The notes under the pieces were generated by a model that did not search any database, was not told where the DNA came from, and saw only the letters and a program-made list of their open reading frames with translations. The position numbers and the translations under genes were made by a program. A DNA stretch of 64,000 nt from assembly GCA_008632985.1 (NCBI GenBank), contig QPGO01000067.1, forward strand, positions 258,142 through 322,141, in the 5' to 3' direction. Source of the stretch: Psammoneis japonica. Taxonomy: Eukaryota. Shown piece by piece: positions 1-12,794 of the stretch; within the stretch, counting starts at the first letter, position 1; each line of letters starts with the position of its first letter.

Positions 1-229
1 CACTTGGATGAGCAGAGCTGGAGCCAGGGCAGCTGGCCTGGCAGGGCTTGGCTGACACCCAAGCTGGGCTGCTCAGCTTGGTGGCACACACTCAGTGTCA
101 CATCTCTTTGCACCTGCAGCAACCACCCTGGACCAAAAGAAGCCAGTGCAACTCTGGCCCTGGTTGCATGGTCAATTGTGTGTGTGTTCAATGGTCGAAT
201 CCCCTCTTTTTTTCTCTTTTCCTTTGACC

Positions 230-2250
230 GGCCACGAACATGAAAAAATTGCCGAACTGCCATGGTTCCTACAACGCCTCGAGGAATTGGGCCCTCAACA
301 CGGTGTCCGCCTCAATCGCTCCAAGACACACACACTCACCTCAATGACCGGCACCAGCCCCCTGCCAAACTTGCCCCCAACAAGTGCCAACGCCCTCCGC
401 CAAGCCCTGCATTTCCTCAACCCTGCTGACGATCCTGCCCTGCATCCCGAAATCACCACTGGCCTCCGCTTCCTTGGCCAACCCATTGGCAGCCCCACCT
501 TTGCCCACACCTGCCTTGAACAAAAAGCTGACACCTTCCACACCAACCTCAACAGACTCTCATCACACCTCCATGACACCCAAACCAAAAGCTCCCTCTG
601 CCACACCTGTGCCATCCCATCACTCCTGCACCTGCTGGCGTCCGACGTCCACTTCAACTTCAACCCAGACAACCCACAACCCCTCACTTCCTGGACTTCA
701 CCTTTCCAACAAGAGGTCCAATGCCACTGCGACACCTGCCTGCAACATCTTACAGTGCAACCACTGCCACTGCCACCGCACGCCACGCTCCTCGCCCACC
801 TCCCAGCATCCTCCGGCAGCGTCGGCTGCCGATCCACATCCACCTCCACCATCCCCTTCCTCGTCTCTCAACTCACTCGCTCCTTTCGACATGCAACACA
901 CGGACCGGTCACAGGCCAGGACAACCCCCTCAAGCTCCCACCTTTCTACGCTCGCTCCCTCCGCGCCTGGGCCACCTCCCGCCGCCCCTTGCACCTGTGT
1001 CAGGTCTTTCAACACTGCGGCAAAGCTGCTGCACACACTCTCGACCCCCCCCCCCCACCTTCCCTGAAAGCCTTAGTCAAAACGCACCCGCTGCGCAACC
1101 TTTCCCACACCCTCCATCATGCACACTTCGAATGCATGCTCGCAGACCTGCGCCTGCATGGACCATCGCACATCACCCATGCGCTCCCGTCCCCCTTCTC
1201 TCTCCACTCACAAGTCTCGCCCTCCACTCCCTTGCTCGCACGCTGCCTCAACAACGCCCAAACCCTGAACAGTTCCGCCTGATGCTACAATGCAAATTGC
1301 GGCTCCCCATCTTGCTGAATCAACTCGCACCTGCCTCTTGCCCCTCTTGCTCCGGCACCATCAACCCATGCGGTGACCATGCCTTTTGTTGTCGATCCCT
1401 CGGACACAAAACAACCATGTCCAACGCCATCCGCGACGGCCTCTGCGCTGCTTTCCAAACACTTGCTCCACTCTCCGGCATCTGTGCCGACTCTTCTGCC
1501 GCACACCATGAACCAACCAATCCAATGCCTCATTCACCCCTCAAACGCCCTGCTGATGCAGGCATCCAGCTTACCCCAGCCGCCTCTGCCGCCTCCCCTC
1601 TTGGCCACCGACACCTCGCCATTGACATCACTGTCCCTGAACCCCCCCATTGCCTGCTCCTGGCTTGCCTGCCCCCACTCTTAACCCTCACACTGAGACA
1701 CACCACACGAGCACAAAACGGAAGTTCAACGGAACCCACGAGACCCAACACGAAGCAACCCTTGCACCCGCCCTCAACAACGCCGGTGTTTTTTTCCCTT
1801 TGCCATTGACCACCTGGGAGCTCCAGGCCACTTCACCCACTGCCTTCTTTTTGGTGCCAACCAAGACCTCCCCATCCCTGCTCCACCCGCCCCACCTTGG
1901 AACACTGAAACCTGTTTTCAACACCTGCTGCCCACGCCGCACATGACTGTGCCCAACAATCCCTGTCTGCCATCCTCCCTGCTGCCACCGCCACCTGGCA
2001 AACCATCTCTGCCGAATGCTTTGGCCCAACCCACCACTCCTCAACACCATCACAATGGGGTCTACAGAGCCCAAGCCTCGCGATCACCAAATCGCTCGCT
2101 GACCAACTGACCCGCCACTCCACCAAACTACAATCCCTTTTCCCACCTGCATGACTCCGTTCTGCCATTGCCCCACATCTGTCCCTTCCCCCGCGCCACT
2201 GGGTGACATTGCACGTGAACTTCTCATGCGTGCGTGCTGCCAGGCAGTTT
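230..2250 (+). mobile_element. Degenerate CRE-like non-LTR retrotransposon (end of RT, CCHC knuckle, restriction-like endonuclease)
   Basis: Across frames: GVRLNRSKT, GLRFLGQPIGS, LPASSGSVGCRS (LPxxxGGLG-like), CPSCSGTINPCGDHAFCC, KRPAD...LAIDITV, in the order typical of RLE-bearing non-LTR elements; broken by frameshifts and stops. Confidence 0.7.
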
Positions 2251-3337
2251 CCCCGACCACAAACACCGGAAGCGAATGGCTGGACAGCAGTCCAGCACAT
2301 CCAGCACACAATCAGATTTGACCAGGACAGACATTCTCCTCACATGTTTTTGGCACTTGAGCCTGACAGATGCCAACTCCTGATGTGAAGCATGTGGCTG
2401 TGGAGACAGGTGAGACAGCATCCTCACAGATGAGGGTGATGATGACACTTGTGGTGAGTTGACACCAAAAAATCCTCTTGTGTGTGGTTGTCCAAAGATG
2501 TTCTGCAATGAATGCTGCTTGCACTTGTGCAGTGACAGTGCAACCTCCTCTTGTTGTGTGTGACTCTGCTCAGCAGATGGGGCAGTGTGCTCTTCAGCAC
2601 AAAGCACCAGGCTGGTGGAAAGAGGCACCAAAAGGCAGACTGCAAGCAAGCCAACACAAAAACTCAAACACACTGCCTGCAAACAAGGAGCAGAACTTGA
2701 CAAACAAAGAGCAATGTGGCAAGCCTCGCTGCTCCCAAATGTCAAAAGTGGCCAGTGTTTGGCGAGTTCAAAAATTGTCGTCTGCTGCAAGTGGCCCTGG
2801 CTCACATGCTCGTGTGACTGACCGCACAAAGCAAGACCAGGAGGCATTCTCATGGAAGCATTGAGTGGGGATTTTTGCTGTTCCAGGATTGGGGAGAGAC
2901 ACTCTCTGTGCTCCTGTTCAATGATGATGCGGTAAAAAAAGGTGGGGGTGGTGCTGCAAGAAAATTGCTGTGCTGCCCAGCAGAGTTGTGGTTGAACACC
3001 ATCTCCCCACAATCAACAACTGAAGTGAGCTGCAACTCCCACCAATGTTCACAACATCACTGAGTCTAAACTCATCAGCAAAAGATGAGCTTGATTGGAG
3101 GAATCTGCTGTGTCTTGTGGTGGCATCTGTGCCAAAAAACAGGAGTGCACTAACTTGGGGCAGAGGCAAGCCATCTCAGAAGGGAGGGTGGCTCAAAAAG
3201 CAAGCAAAGAAGCTCAACATGCTCTTGGTGTTGCATCTTGCATGCAGCTGGGGAGTTTCTTGTGGCTGCTTGTCACAGCAACCCAAGCCATCATCTGCAG
3301 CAAGCAGCACCAACCCAGACTGCAGCAGCCAGAAAAA

Positions 3338-3858
3338 TTGCTGTCAGCCATGTTGAAAACAGCAGAGAAGCCACATGCAGGAAACATTCACACCAAAGTT
3401 TTTCCACAAGAGCAGTTTTGTCACGGCAAGACTGAATGAAGAAGCAGCTCTGGAAGCCAACATCTGAGCAAGGAGAGAAGCCAAGCCAAGCAGCAAGAGC
3501 AGCTGAGTGATGGCAGCACAACAGGAAGTTGGCAGTTGGCTTGAGAGCATGATGACAGCACAGTGGGCAGCACAATCATGGCTGGGGCTCAGTGCATTGC
3601 TGTCAGCCATGTTGAAAACAGCAGAGAAGCCATGTGCAGGAAGCATTCACACCAAAGTTTTTCCACAAGAGCAGCAGTTTTGTCATGGCAAGACTGAATG
3701 AAGAGGCAGCTCTGGAAGCCAACATCTGAGCAAGGAGAGAAGCCAAGCCAAGCAGCAAGTGCAGCTGAGTGATGGCAGCACAACAGGAAGTTGGCAGTTG
3801 GCTTGAGAGCATGACAACAGCACAATGGGCAGCACAGTCATGGCTGGGGCTTGGTGCA
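3338..3858. repeat. Two-copy tandem duplication, unit about 260 bp
   Basis: ttgctgtcagccatgttgaaaacagcagagaagcc starts at 3338 and again at 3597; copies differ by CA/TG swaps and a few other changes. Confidence 0.95.
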
Positions 3859-4247
3859 GCCAGTTCTCAATGGTGCACAAGTGGCTTGATGAACAAGGGC
3901 ACTGCAAGCACACCAAACAACCCCCACCTTTGATCACACACAGGTTCAAATGACAAAGCATGTGTTTGCTTTCAAAGCTGGTGTTGAGTGGCTGGAAATC
4001 ACGCTGGTTTGGCGACAGTTGCTGCTGCTGTTGGATGTGCTGCTTTTGATCAAAACATGGAACAAAGTGGTGCCATGGTGGGTTGAAGCTGAAATTTTGG
4101 CATGATCAAGCTCCACAAGGGTTGCAAAAAAAGCAACAAGCTGCTGCTGTTGACAGAGACAGAAATGTCAAGTGCAGTCAAGGTCATTTAGAAAAAACAT
4201 TGCTGCTTTGTGACACCCCCACAAGGGCCAGTCCAAGCAACAAAGCA

Positions 4248-5185
4248 GAGATCAATGAGGCAGGTTTGCAACAATGAGAACATCAACAGCAAGGAGGATG
4301 GACAACAAAAGCCAGTGTTGTTTGACCAACTGGCCAAAAGCAATGCTGTCAGTGCAAGAGGTTGGCACAGGAGGGGGGCATCAATCAGCCACTCTGCAAA
4401 ATTGTGAGCCATCAATGGGGGCAGCCACCACTCAGAGTTTCCTAAATTCTCTTGTGCAAATTCCACACAAAACAAGCATGTCAGCACAATGATGTAGAGT
4501 GTGCAGTTGTCAACTTGTTGCTGAGCTCTCACAGGCTGTGGAAGTTCTCTTCTTGTTGAAACATTGCTGATGGCAATGATTCCATTCATTTCCACACATC
4601 AGTCAGAGAGGCGAATCTTGCAAAACACGAATCTTGCTTTGAAAAGTGCAGTTCTCTGTGTGTGTGTGTCTTTTGAAATGAGTTCAAAAAGCTTGTGACA
4701 TTTCACAGGCTCTGGAAGTTCTCTTCTTGTTGAAACATTGCCTGTGGCACTGATTCCATGCATTTCCACATGTCAGTCAGAGAGGTGAACCTTGCAAAGC
4801 ACGAATCTTGCTTTGAAAAGTGCAATTCTGTGTGTGTGTGTGTGTGTCTTTTGAAATGAATTCAAAAAGCTTGTGACATTCCACAATCTCAATCAATCTG
4901 TGAATTTCTGTAAACCGCGAACCTTGGTAATTTGACAATCCGCAAGCAAAAGCAAGCACCAAAGCACTCGGAAACTGCCAGAATGCCGCGATGTTTCAGT
5001 GTTGCAAATCAATGATCGAACGAGGTGGGCTTGCAATGGTGAGAACGACCCCAGTGAGGAGGGTGGACGATGAGAGGTGGTGACGTGCCGGTCAAAATGG
5101 CCAGAAGCGCCATCATCGGAGCAAGAGTGGGGTGTCGGTCGGCCACTTGTGGCAAAATTGTGAGCCGTCCACGGGAAAGGCCACC
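4248..5185. repeat. Two diverged direct copies of about 180 bp (about 4248-4430 and 5012-5185)
   Basis: Shared core caaaattgtgagcc with alignable flanks (gatcaatgagg vs gatcgaacgagg; ggcatcaatcagccact vs ggtgtcggtcggccact). Confidence 0.7.
4530..4885. repeat. Two-copy tandem duplication, unit about 175 bp, each with a (TG)n tract
   Basis: ggaagttctcttcttgttgaaacattgc...(tg)n tcttttgaaatga.ttcaaaaagcttgtgacatt occurs twice. Confidence 0.9.
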
Positions 5186-5586
5186 TCTCTGAGGAAGACA
5201 GGACTCCCAACACTTAGACTATCGACAGACTCAATAAGACAAATGATTCACACTCCTCCGATTCAACTAGAGAGGCGTTAAACGAGAACGACCGGCTACT
5301 GGAACGCGCAGCTCTTCATACCCGACTCCAACGTCCCGCTAGCTCTCCATTCTACGGGCTTCACATCGCTGGAAATAAAAGAGCAGGCGAGCTCAAGCAC
5401 CTCTTGCAATTCATCATTATCGATGCAAAAAAAGAAACGCGAGCCTCTTCAGTTTCTTGCCATAGCATTCTACCGCTTCGCAGGTGCAAAAGTTTTACCA
5501 CTCTTCTTCTTACGCAGTATCTTCTCTTAAGTCCCGTGGCTACCAAAGCAAGAGATTCTTCTCTAGTCTTTCTTGTTTCATCCCAT

Positions 5587-6890
5587 TTAGGATTTGCTTT
5601 TTGCGGGAAACAAAGCGTCCAGTGAGCATGTGGCTGGGTCATAGATTGGACGAGCCGTTCTAAATGAGGCCGTGACTCCATACGAAAAGGGAGGATTCTG
5701 AATGACAACATCGGACTCTCCAATGAGATACCAATCAATCAGAGCCTTGGCAAAGTCGGCCGTCGTCGGTTTGTCTGCAATCCGTGAATGCCCACCCTGG
5801 GATCCAGCAGTAACCACCACACTTCGCTTCAATGTCATTTCCCTTGTCATTGCTTTGTTGGCGATTCCTTTCCCGTCATAGGTCTCAACGATGAGACGCT
5901 TGAGTCTAGCCGAGTCCGTCACAACAGTCCAAACCACTCGGCGAAACCTCATCTCGGCCAGGTGCTTCTTCTCAAGCTGAAGGGCACATCTCAGTTGATC
6001 CTGTGCCTTTTGAAGTTGATCGGCAGCTTCATGCATACCGGGCTGGTCGGCTTCTCCCGTGCGGATATATACTGCGATCACAAAGGTGCTCTTATCCTTC
6101 AAGGCGGGGAGAATGTCACGAAACAAACCTTCTTCATACTTTGCAGCCGTAGGAGCTAAATCAAAGGGTGACTTCAACGAGCAAGCAAATCCAGTGTCAA
6201 TATCAAAACCGGGTAGAGCACGTTGCAAATCTGGATAGACTCCAAAGTTCTTTACAAACTTATCACGGTGTTGATAGGCGAATCGATACCATGGAATGCC
6301 AAGGATTGGTGGGCGCTCCCTCTTGTCGATACCCAGCTTTGAAATGGCCTCTGAAAGATATTTCCCCGCCAAGGTAGATATAGGAGCTACGACGCACTTG
6401 TTTTCTGCCTCACACTGAAATCCCAGCGGTACAGTCCAGTCACGGGAAACCGGCAACAACACCTCGCGTACATTGACACTGCTACTCTCGCCATAATCAA
6501 GCAAAAGCCGACATCCCGTATGTTTCGCAAGCATTTGTCCCGAAACAATCTGTGACATCCACTGACTTATACCCTCGGGTTGTTTGGTTGTGGACGAGCG
6601 AGAATGTGGCAGTCGTTTCGTTCTGCAGCTGGAGGGATAGCCGCCCATTGGCAGTCACGGCGAAACAAGTCGGTGCCGAAATCCGGAAAGCGACGAGGGT
6701 TAATACTCTCTGTTTGGACATTTCGCAGTATCCATAGAAAGGAGATCATCGTGATGGATAGAGCCACAGCAATTACTAGACGTCCCTTCGTCCGTGCTGA
6801 TGTTCGATGACGGCGAAGCAATGAGCGAGAGACTCTTGTTGAAGTCATATCGTGACTATCACTCTTCTCGACATTTCTATTTTTCAACAT
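5587..6890 (-). CDS. Type II membrane fucosyltransferase-like glycosyltransferase (NodZ/GT23-like motifs), one apparent frameshift near 6585
   Basis: N-terminal TM (LVIAVALSITMISFLWIL) in ORF 6567-6890 continues in another frame into ORF 5587-6648 with IAVYIRTGEAD, VVTDS and ALIDWYLIGESDVVI...FSY, resembling fucosyltransferase motifs I-III. Confidence 0.6.
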
Positions 6891-7545
6891 TATAAATTAT
6901 GCGATGCTACTGTTGAGGCAGAACTCGTTCCTTCACACACATGGTTGATAAAGAAGACACGGGAGAAACGTAAAGCATCAGCATCGCGATGCATTTATTG
7001 GTGTGACCGCGCGAGACCGCAGAAGCTTTTTCGGGGACGCCCATTTGGGCTGCAACGCTGTTGTAGCATCGCAGCATCACGAACTGACGGACACGACGCC
7101 TCATGCTTTCGGCATGACGGCGTCCGCAATGATGGTTCCAACCATGATGTCTTCAAGCGGAGGCTATCCCTTTGGCGCGAATCATCATAGGCACACCCTA
7201 TTGGCGAAGAATTTGGCATTATGATGATCATCAAGAATGAAAAGAAGCGCGATATTGTACTCCTTGCATCGCCCGACACGGGATTCATGCGGGAATGAAA
7301 AATTTTGTTGTCGATGGATGGGATCGTAACGTCCGACTGCGGCCAACTCCCACCTCTACCAATGGAATAGTAACAAGTCGTAATGAGCACAAACAGCATG
7401 TGTGAGAATGCTTTTTCTTTTGAACGGAGATGCACCCCAGCAGTGGAGTATCGATCCATCGAGCTTCTTTCCAAGTAACACCACCTCACAATTGTTCGTC
7501 AAGGCTCACCATCAGGTCGAGCTTATTCTGTGATTGCTTTTAATA

Positions 7546-9925
7546 ATGAAAATCTTTCCACTATGCTTTCTCGTGGGGCTTTGCTTGATCCAGTTGGTAG
7601 CTTGCGCAGAGGTGAGTTTATCAAGTTTAACATGATGTTTCGAGCAATGGGATTCCACTCAAACATATGAAAACTCGTTACAACAATGCAGACCCAAGCA
7701 TCCAGACTCAGGAGAAGATTATTTCAACAAGAGCCTTGCCTTGTACTTCTTAAGAGCACCGAATATGAGGACCATCATTCTCATGGCGACGAAGACGACA
7801 AGGCTGTGTATTGCGAATTGTTCGGTCGCGATGCCGAAAGTTCGAGATCTTCTTTGGTACAGGTTGAAGGAATCAACTCTGAATGGGCTGCTTCGCATGG
7901 AGTGATTAGTGGCGAAACGACTCTTATTGGGTACGGGGCTTTCATTGACGGAGACCGCCTTGGAGTTCCCCAGAGTAGCACTGCTGCTGCAGTCTTGGGA
8001 AAGGATCCCTTTGTTCTTGGGACGCTAGACCGCAGCCGTGGATCTGGTGTCGGTGGTCGAAGACTTGCCACGACGACTGGATCCAAGAATGTTCTCGTTG
8101 TCAGAGTGATTGCAAAAGATAGGCAAACAACCGATTCTCCCATATCCCTCTCTGATTCGATCTTTGGGACATTCGGCGACCCTGTGAACCTGAAGACTCA
8201 ATTTGCAGCTTGCTCGTATGATCAGCTCACGTTTGAACCAGCACCGAATCAGACGTCCCCAGTTCCCATTGTCAATGGTGTAGTCGACGTTTCAATTGAA
8301 GAAAATGTCAAGGGTGCTTCTTCCGATACGATTACTTTCGCCGTGTATCGTGCGGCAAGATCACTTTTGGGTGGTTTGTCAACACAATTTGACAATGTCA
8401 TGTTCTGTTTGCCGCCGGGGACTTCGGGTGATTGGATTGGTACGTATCGTATGCCATTTCGGTCTTGCACGAATGCAGCGGTACACAACCACGCTCTTGC
8501 ACCATCCTTGCAAACTCACTTCTTCGCTTCTGACCCTTCCCAAACAAATCATATGCCTACATTAACCATTTTCTTTCAGTCTACAACGACCGCTGGTGCA
8601 AATACCCAAGTAGTCAAATGCACGAGCTAGGTGAGGCAGAAAAAAATTGGGAAGAACATAGAAGGCCATGATACAAGAGACCAATTTCTCACCGTGTTGC
8701 TTCATTGCCACTACCTTTCACCATTCAGCTCATAATCTTAACCTTGGCCATGCCGGAGAAGGTGGCAACGAGTATGCAGATCAAAGGTGCTTCTGGGTGG
8801 ACTGTTTCTTTACTCATCGTCTCTAGAGACAAGATTGCTGACAGGCTGTTCTGATTGTTTTCATTTTTGAACAGCGGTATGATGGGGTTCTCGTACTCGA
8901 GGGACGACACACCACTTATGTGCTTCAACGCTGCCAAGAGTTTTCAGTTAGGGTGGTACAGTGATCGTCACACCACGGTTAACCCGCTTTCAGCTTCCTG
9001 GGTTGGCGAGCTTGTGGGTGTCGCCGACTACGAAGCAGATACAAAGGGGCGCACTGTTGTTCTGAAGATCAACACCGACAGCGATGTTGACTACTATGTA
9101 AATTTCAACCGGAAGACAGGCATTAATGCTGGCACAATTGAAGGCGGGAACTTGGTCATGATTACAAAACAGGGTGGTCACGGTCGTGATTTCGCCACCT
9201 CTTTTCTCGTTGCAAAGTTGAGTGGTGGCCAAATGTTTACAATCGCAGACTTCAATGGTTCTGGCAGTGATGTCACGGTAACAGTGAAGGGAATTGACAA
9301 ATCGTCGCCAGTTCGATACGCTTCTGTCTCCGTGGGCATCGCCACTGAGGCACCAACTACGTCACCTACGCGGTCACCAACAGCTTCACCGACGCAGATT
9401 CCCAGCTTTGCTCCGACAATAAGCCCTACAATGTCGCCTTCTGCAGCCCCATCATTCCTTCCCAGCGCTCTACCGTCGAATTCGCCGTCAGATGTTCTCA
9501 AGAGTCCACCAACGACTGCTTTACCCTCATCCGTACCGACGCTTCTGCCATCGTGGATCCCAAGCGCAAACCCGAGCGACGAACCCACTCAAGTTCCAAC
9601 GATGTCAACTCTTGCCCCGACGGCATCATCTACTCCTCTCCTGACCACGTCGCCGACTCAAGTTCCGAGCAAGCAAGCGACCTCGAAACCTACATCCAAT
9701 TCAGGGGTAACCAACTGTTCTCTCGTCAAATGGCGGAAAAAGTGTAAGCTTTTAAAGGGGACCTGCAGATGGAAGCGATTATTTGGACTGTGTGTCAATG
9801 TGAATGGAGCAGTAGCGTTGTCAACTACAGCTTGCCCTGAGCTCAAGAATGAGCTGGTGTGTGGACGGCAGCAGAAGGAGCGATGTTCGTGGGACGCAAA
9901 GAATGGTCTATGCAAATGGAAGTAG
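7546..9925 (+). CDS. Secreted gametolysin-like M11 metallopeptidase with Pro/Ser/Thr stalk and Cys-rich C-terminus, 4 introns
   Basis: Signal peptide MKIFPLCFLVGLCLIQLVACAE; manual splicing gives MFCLPPGT, MHELAHNLNLGHAGE (zinc motif), EYADQSGMMGFSY (Met-turn), CFNAAKSFQLGWY; PTxSP repeats follow. Confidence 0.85.
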
Positions 9926-10042
9926 TCGCACCGCGAAGTCGAGTCAAGCGACTTCAAAATACATTCTTCGAGTATAATTCGTAGATACCGATAAAACCTC
10001 TAATCGTATCTTCGCAGCAGGGCGTTTCTCTTGCGTATTCTT

Positions 10043-11473
10043 TCACTTCGATTGGGGTAAGCATTTTGTGCAGCATGTACACGACGGCTTTGTGTCTGTT
10101 GGCGAAACTTCTAAGCAGTCTGTCCACAGCTCTTCTAGTTTGTGGTGCTGTCGCAATGAGCATACTTCTTTGGGCGGTTTCTCTAACTCATTACCATGCA
10201 CTGCAGCAAGAAATCAAGAACAGCACACGATGAGACGAGGAGAATCCGATGATAAAGAGTCATCCACAGACTTCTTTCTACCGTCATACTCACGAGTCAA
10301 GCCGACAAGGTCCGTCATTAGACCAAGTTCTGATGGAATTGCACCAGTAAACTGATTCGAGTGCAACCAAAGCCAAGTGAGGGAACTTAGCTTTCCGATA
10401 TCGCTTGCCAGTGACCCTTTAAACTCCGCGTTGTAGCTGTTTTGTGTTGAGAAAAACGGTAATAAAGTGTCAAGTTAGAAAGACGGACAGCTTAGCACAA
10501 CGGGAAAGGCCCCAAGAAATACATACAGCCGTATTGATTCCAAGTTGGTCATTGCATACAGCTGCAATGGTATTGTGCCAGCCACAGAAGTGTCGTGCAA
10601 GCTAAGCGATCGTAGGCTTGTCATTAGCGATATCCAAGAGGGAATAGTCCCGACTAGATTTTGATTTCCAGACCACCACAGTAGCTCCAACGATTCCAAT
10701 AGCAGCAACTCCGGCGGAGCAAAAGATGATGGCTTGTCCTCCTCCGAAAATGGTTGAGCCAATCCATTCTCCGTCCATGACAGACGGGTAACTCTCCCTT
10801 GTTCGTTGCATGTTACACCGTACCAGTCACATTCATTCCGCGTCCACGTTAGAAATCGCACCTTTCGTTTATTCCCTTCTTTGTTATTCTCATTACACGG
10901 CGTCGCCGAAGGCCGGTGGAACGAGCATTTCAACCAGAATTCGTCTCCTCCCGTGGCAAAATACAAAATTGCCAGTGCATAGCGTTGAAGCAAAGTACTT
11001 TCTTCGATATCTTCATCGGGAGTATACGATCTTACCATCCAGCGGAGACTCTTGTAAGCAATCGGGTCACTGTAAATGTCATCGTGCTTCAAGACTTGCT
11101 TAAATGGTTTTGTGATGATGAGTTTGTATTCTTTGCCCAACGAGGTTGACGTTCTTACAAGCCTCTCAAGTTGTCGCGCGAAATGCTTAATGTGTCTCAA
11201 ATCATCACCTTGAGAGCTCCCACGACCGCTACTCGAAGACGGCGTAAAGCATTCACCCCACACCAACAGAACAATAGCAGAAATTGCAACACTCAGTACA
11301 ACAAAGGCACGCAAGTGTATGGAACTTGTCAGCCACCAAATCTTACATATCCGTACAATATGATCTAATTTTCGACTGAAACTGTTCCTACTTGTCTGTG
11401 TATGAGATTTGTCAGTTGTAGGCAGTGACGATCTCTTGGTCCGTGAATCGAGAGCATGCCGTTTGTGCATCAT
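10043..11473 (-). CDS. Diatom-type membrane-anchored leucine-rich repeat protein, 2 introns
   Basis: TM near N-terminus, QRYALAILYFATGG, ECDWYGVTC LRR N-cap, LxGTIPS-type repeats; downstream exons give NQFTGAIPSELG and a CTCCTKC end with stop at 10043. Confidence 0.85.
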
Positions 11474-11960
11474 GGTGGGCGAAGAGCGAAGAGCAGTTTA
11501 TGGCACTCTCACTCGCCATCTTGCTTATTCTTGCGCGTTGTGCTTCCTGCCTGCTCGCCCTTAGCAAAGGCCAGACCGACCGAGGACCACGTCGATCGAT
11601 AGATAGATGCGATGCGATACCGGTACCATAGATCGAGCGAGTGAGCGATGCGATTACGACTACGGTAAGTCTACTCTAGTAAAAAAGTAACTCTCGGTGC
11701 AGATCGCGATGGCGTCCACGTTGAGAACCCAAACGAATTCTACGTCAGCAGCCACCCTCCTCAATCTCCCATAGCACGTCTGCAAACTGGATTCGCGTCT
11801 CCATGCTTTGCAACTTCAGGCAACGAGGTTTTTGAGCTCGCACGTTCGAGTTCGAGACGTGCGTCAGACCCACTCCGAAACGTGGGTCAAGTGCTTTTGA
11901 ACCGGAGCCACCACAACACAAAACTTTGTTTCTGTAACACCGAAAGAAAGTATTTTTGCA

Positions 11961-12572
11961 ATGGCTCATTCCCACTTTACTGATTGCAGATCCTTTACTG
12001 GATTGAAGAGTGGCGCAGAACACGACTGTGACGGGGCTCCTTTCATTGAACCGATCGCCGCCAATGATCTCCGCGTTGGCAAGTACTGCATGATTGGTGA
12101 TTTTCCCTGTAAAATTAGAGAGCTGAATCGAGCAGCTCCTGGCAAGCATGGACATGCGAAACTCCGAACCGTCGGACAAGGAATCTTTGACGGCAAAAAG
12201 AGAGAAGCAATCTTCTCGGCTCAAAGCATGGTGCACGTCCCTGTCGTTCGTAAATTCCAAGATCTTCAATGTGTAGTGAAAAGAGATGGGCTCGAACTGA
12301 AAGCCCAAGAAGGTCGCTTCCCGCCCACATTTATATTCCCAACAGAAGCCTGGTTCCAAAATTTGAATCTAGAGGCGGGGAATCACGTGACCGTGTCGGT
12401 GATCACTGCTTGCGGACACTACAAGATCACAGACGTGCATCCAGCGGCTACTCCTGCCTCCATTGGCGACGATAATATCATGTCTTTGCACTCTCAAGCT
12501 TTATCCAAAAAAGAATCTCGAAAAAGAAAGAAACTCATGCGGAAGCAAAGTGCCTTGGAGACTCAGAACTAG
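11961..12572 (+). CDS. Divergent eIF5A-like protein
   Basis: LRVGKYCMIGDFPCKI...PGKHGHAK...GIFDGKKRE...VPVVRK matches the eIF5A N-domain and hypusine loop. Confidence 0.85.
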   Translation: MAHSHFTDCRSFTGLKSGAEHDCDGAPFIEPIAANDLRVGKYCMIGDFPCKIRELNRAAPGKHGHAKLRTVGQGIFDGKKREAIFSAQSMVHVPVVRKFQDLQCVVKRDGLELKAQEGRFPPTFIFPTEAWFQNLNLEAGNHVTVSVITACGHYKITDVHPAATPASIGDDNIMSLHSQALSKKESRKRKKLMRKQSALETQN

Positions 12573-12794
12573 AGTGTAGAGGAGAGCGCGTCGTGCGACC
12601 GAGATACTCACTAGCAGTAACATGTAAACGTTATCTATGGACTAATGTACCAAACAGTTATCTAGAGACTAGAGTAGGCCAAGCAACTCTCTCCCCGGTA
12701 TAGCTCGCAACTGTTCAAGCGTTAAGTGCCCTCGTAAGCTTGCAGAGCCAACAGCATTGTTTCCATGGAAAAGCATAGTTCCAATTTATTCTAT

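Larger units (their letters stand above)
1..5212. other. TpA-depleted decayed repeat block 1
   Basis: About 17 TA dinucleotides in 5.2 kb by eye, CA/TG-rich, contains a TE relic and tandem duplications; TA returns abruptly at about 5214 (cttagactatc). Confidence 0.9.

Noticed and set aside
3338..4885. Tandem repeats as CRISPR or satellite arrays
   Set aside because: Only two long units each, no repeat-spacer pattern, and a eukaryotic context.
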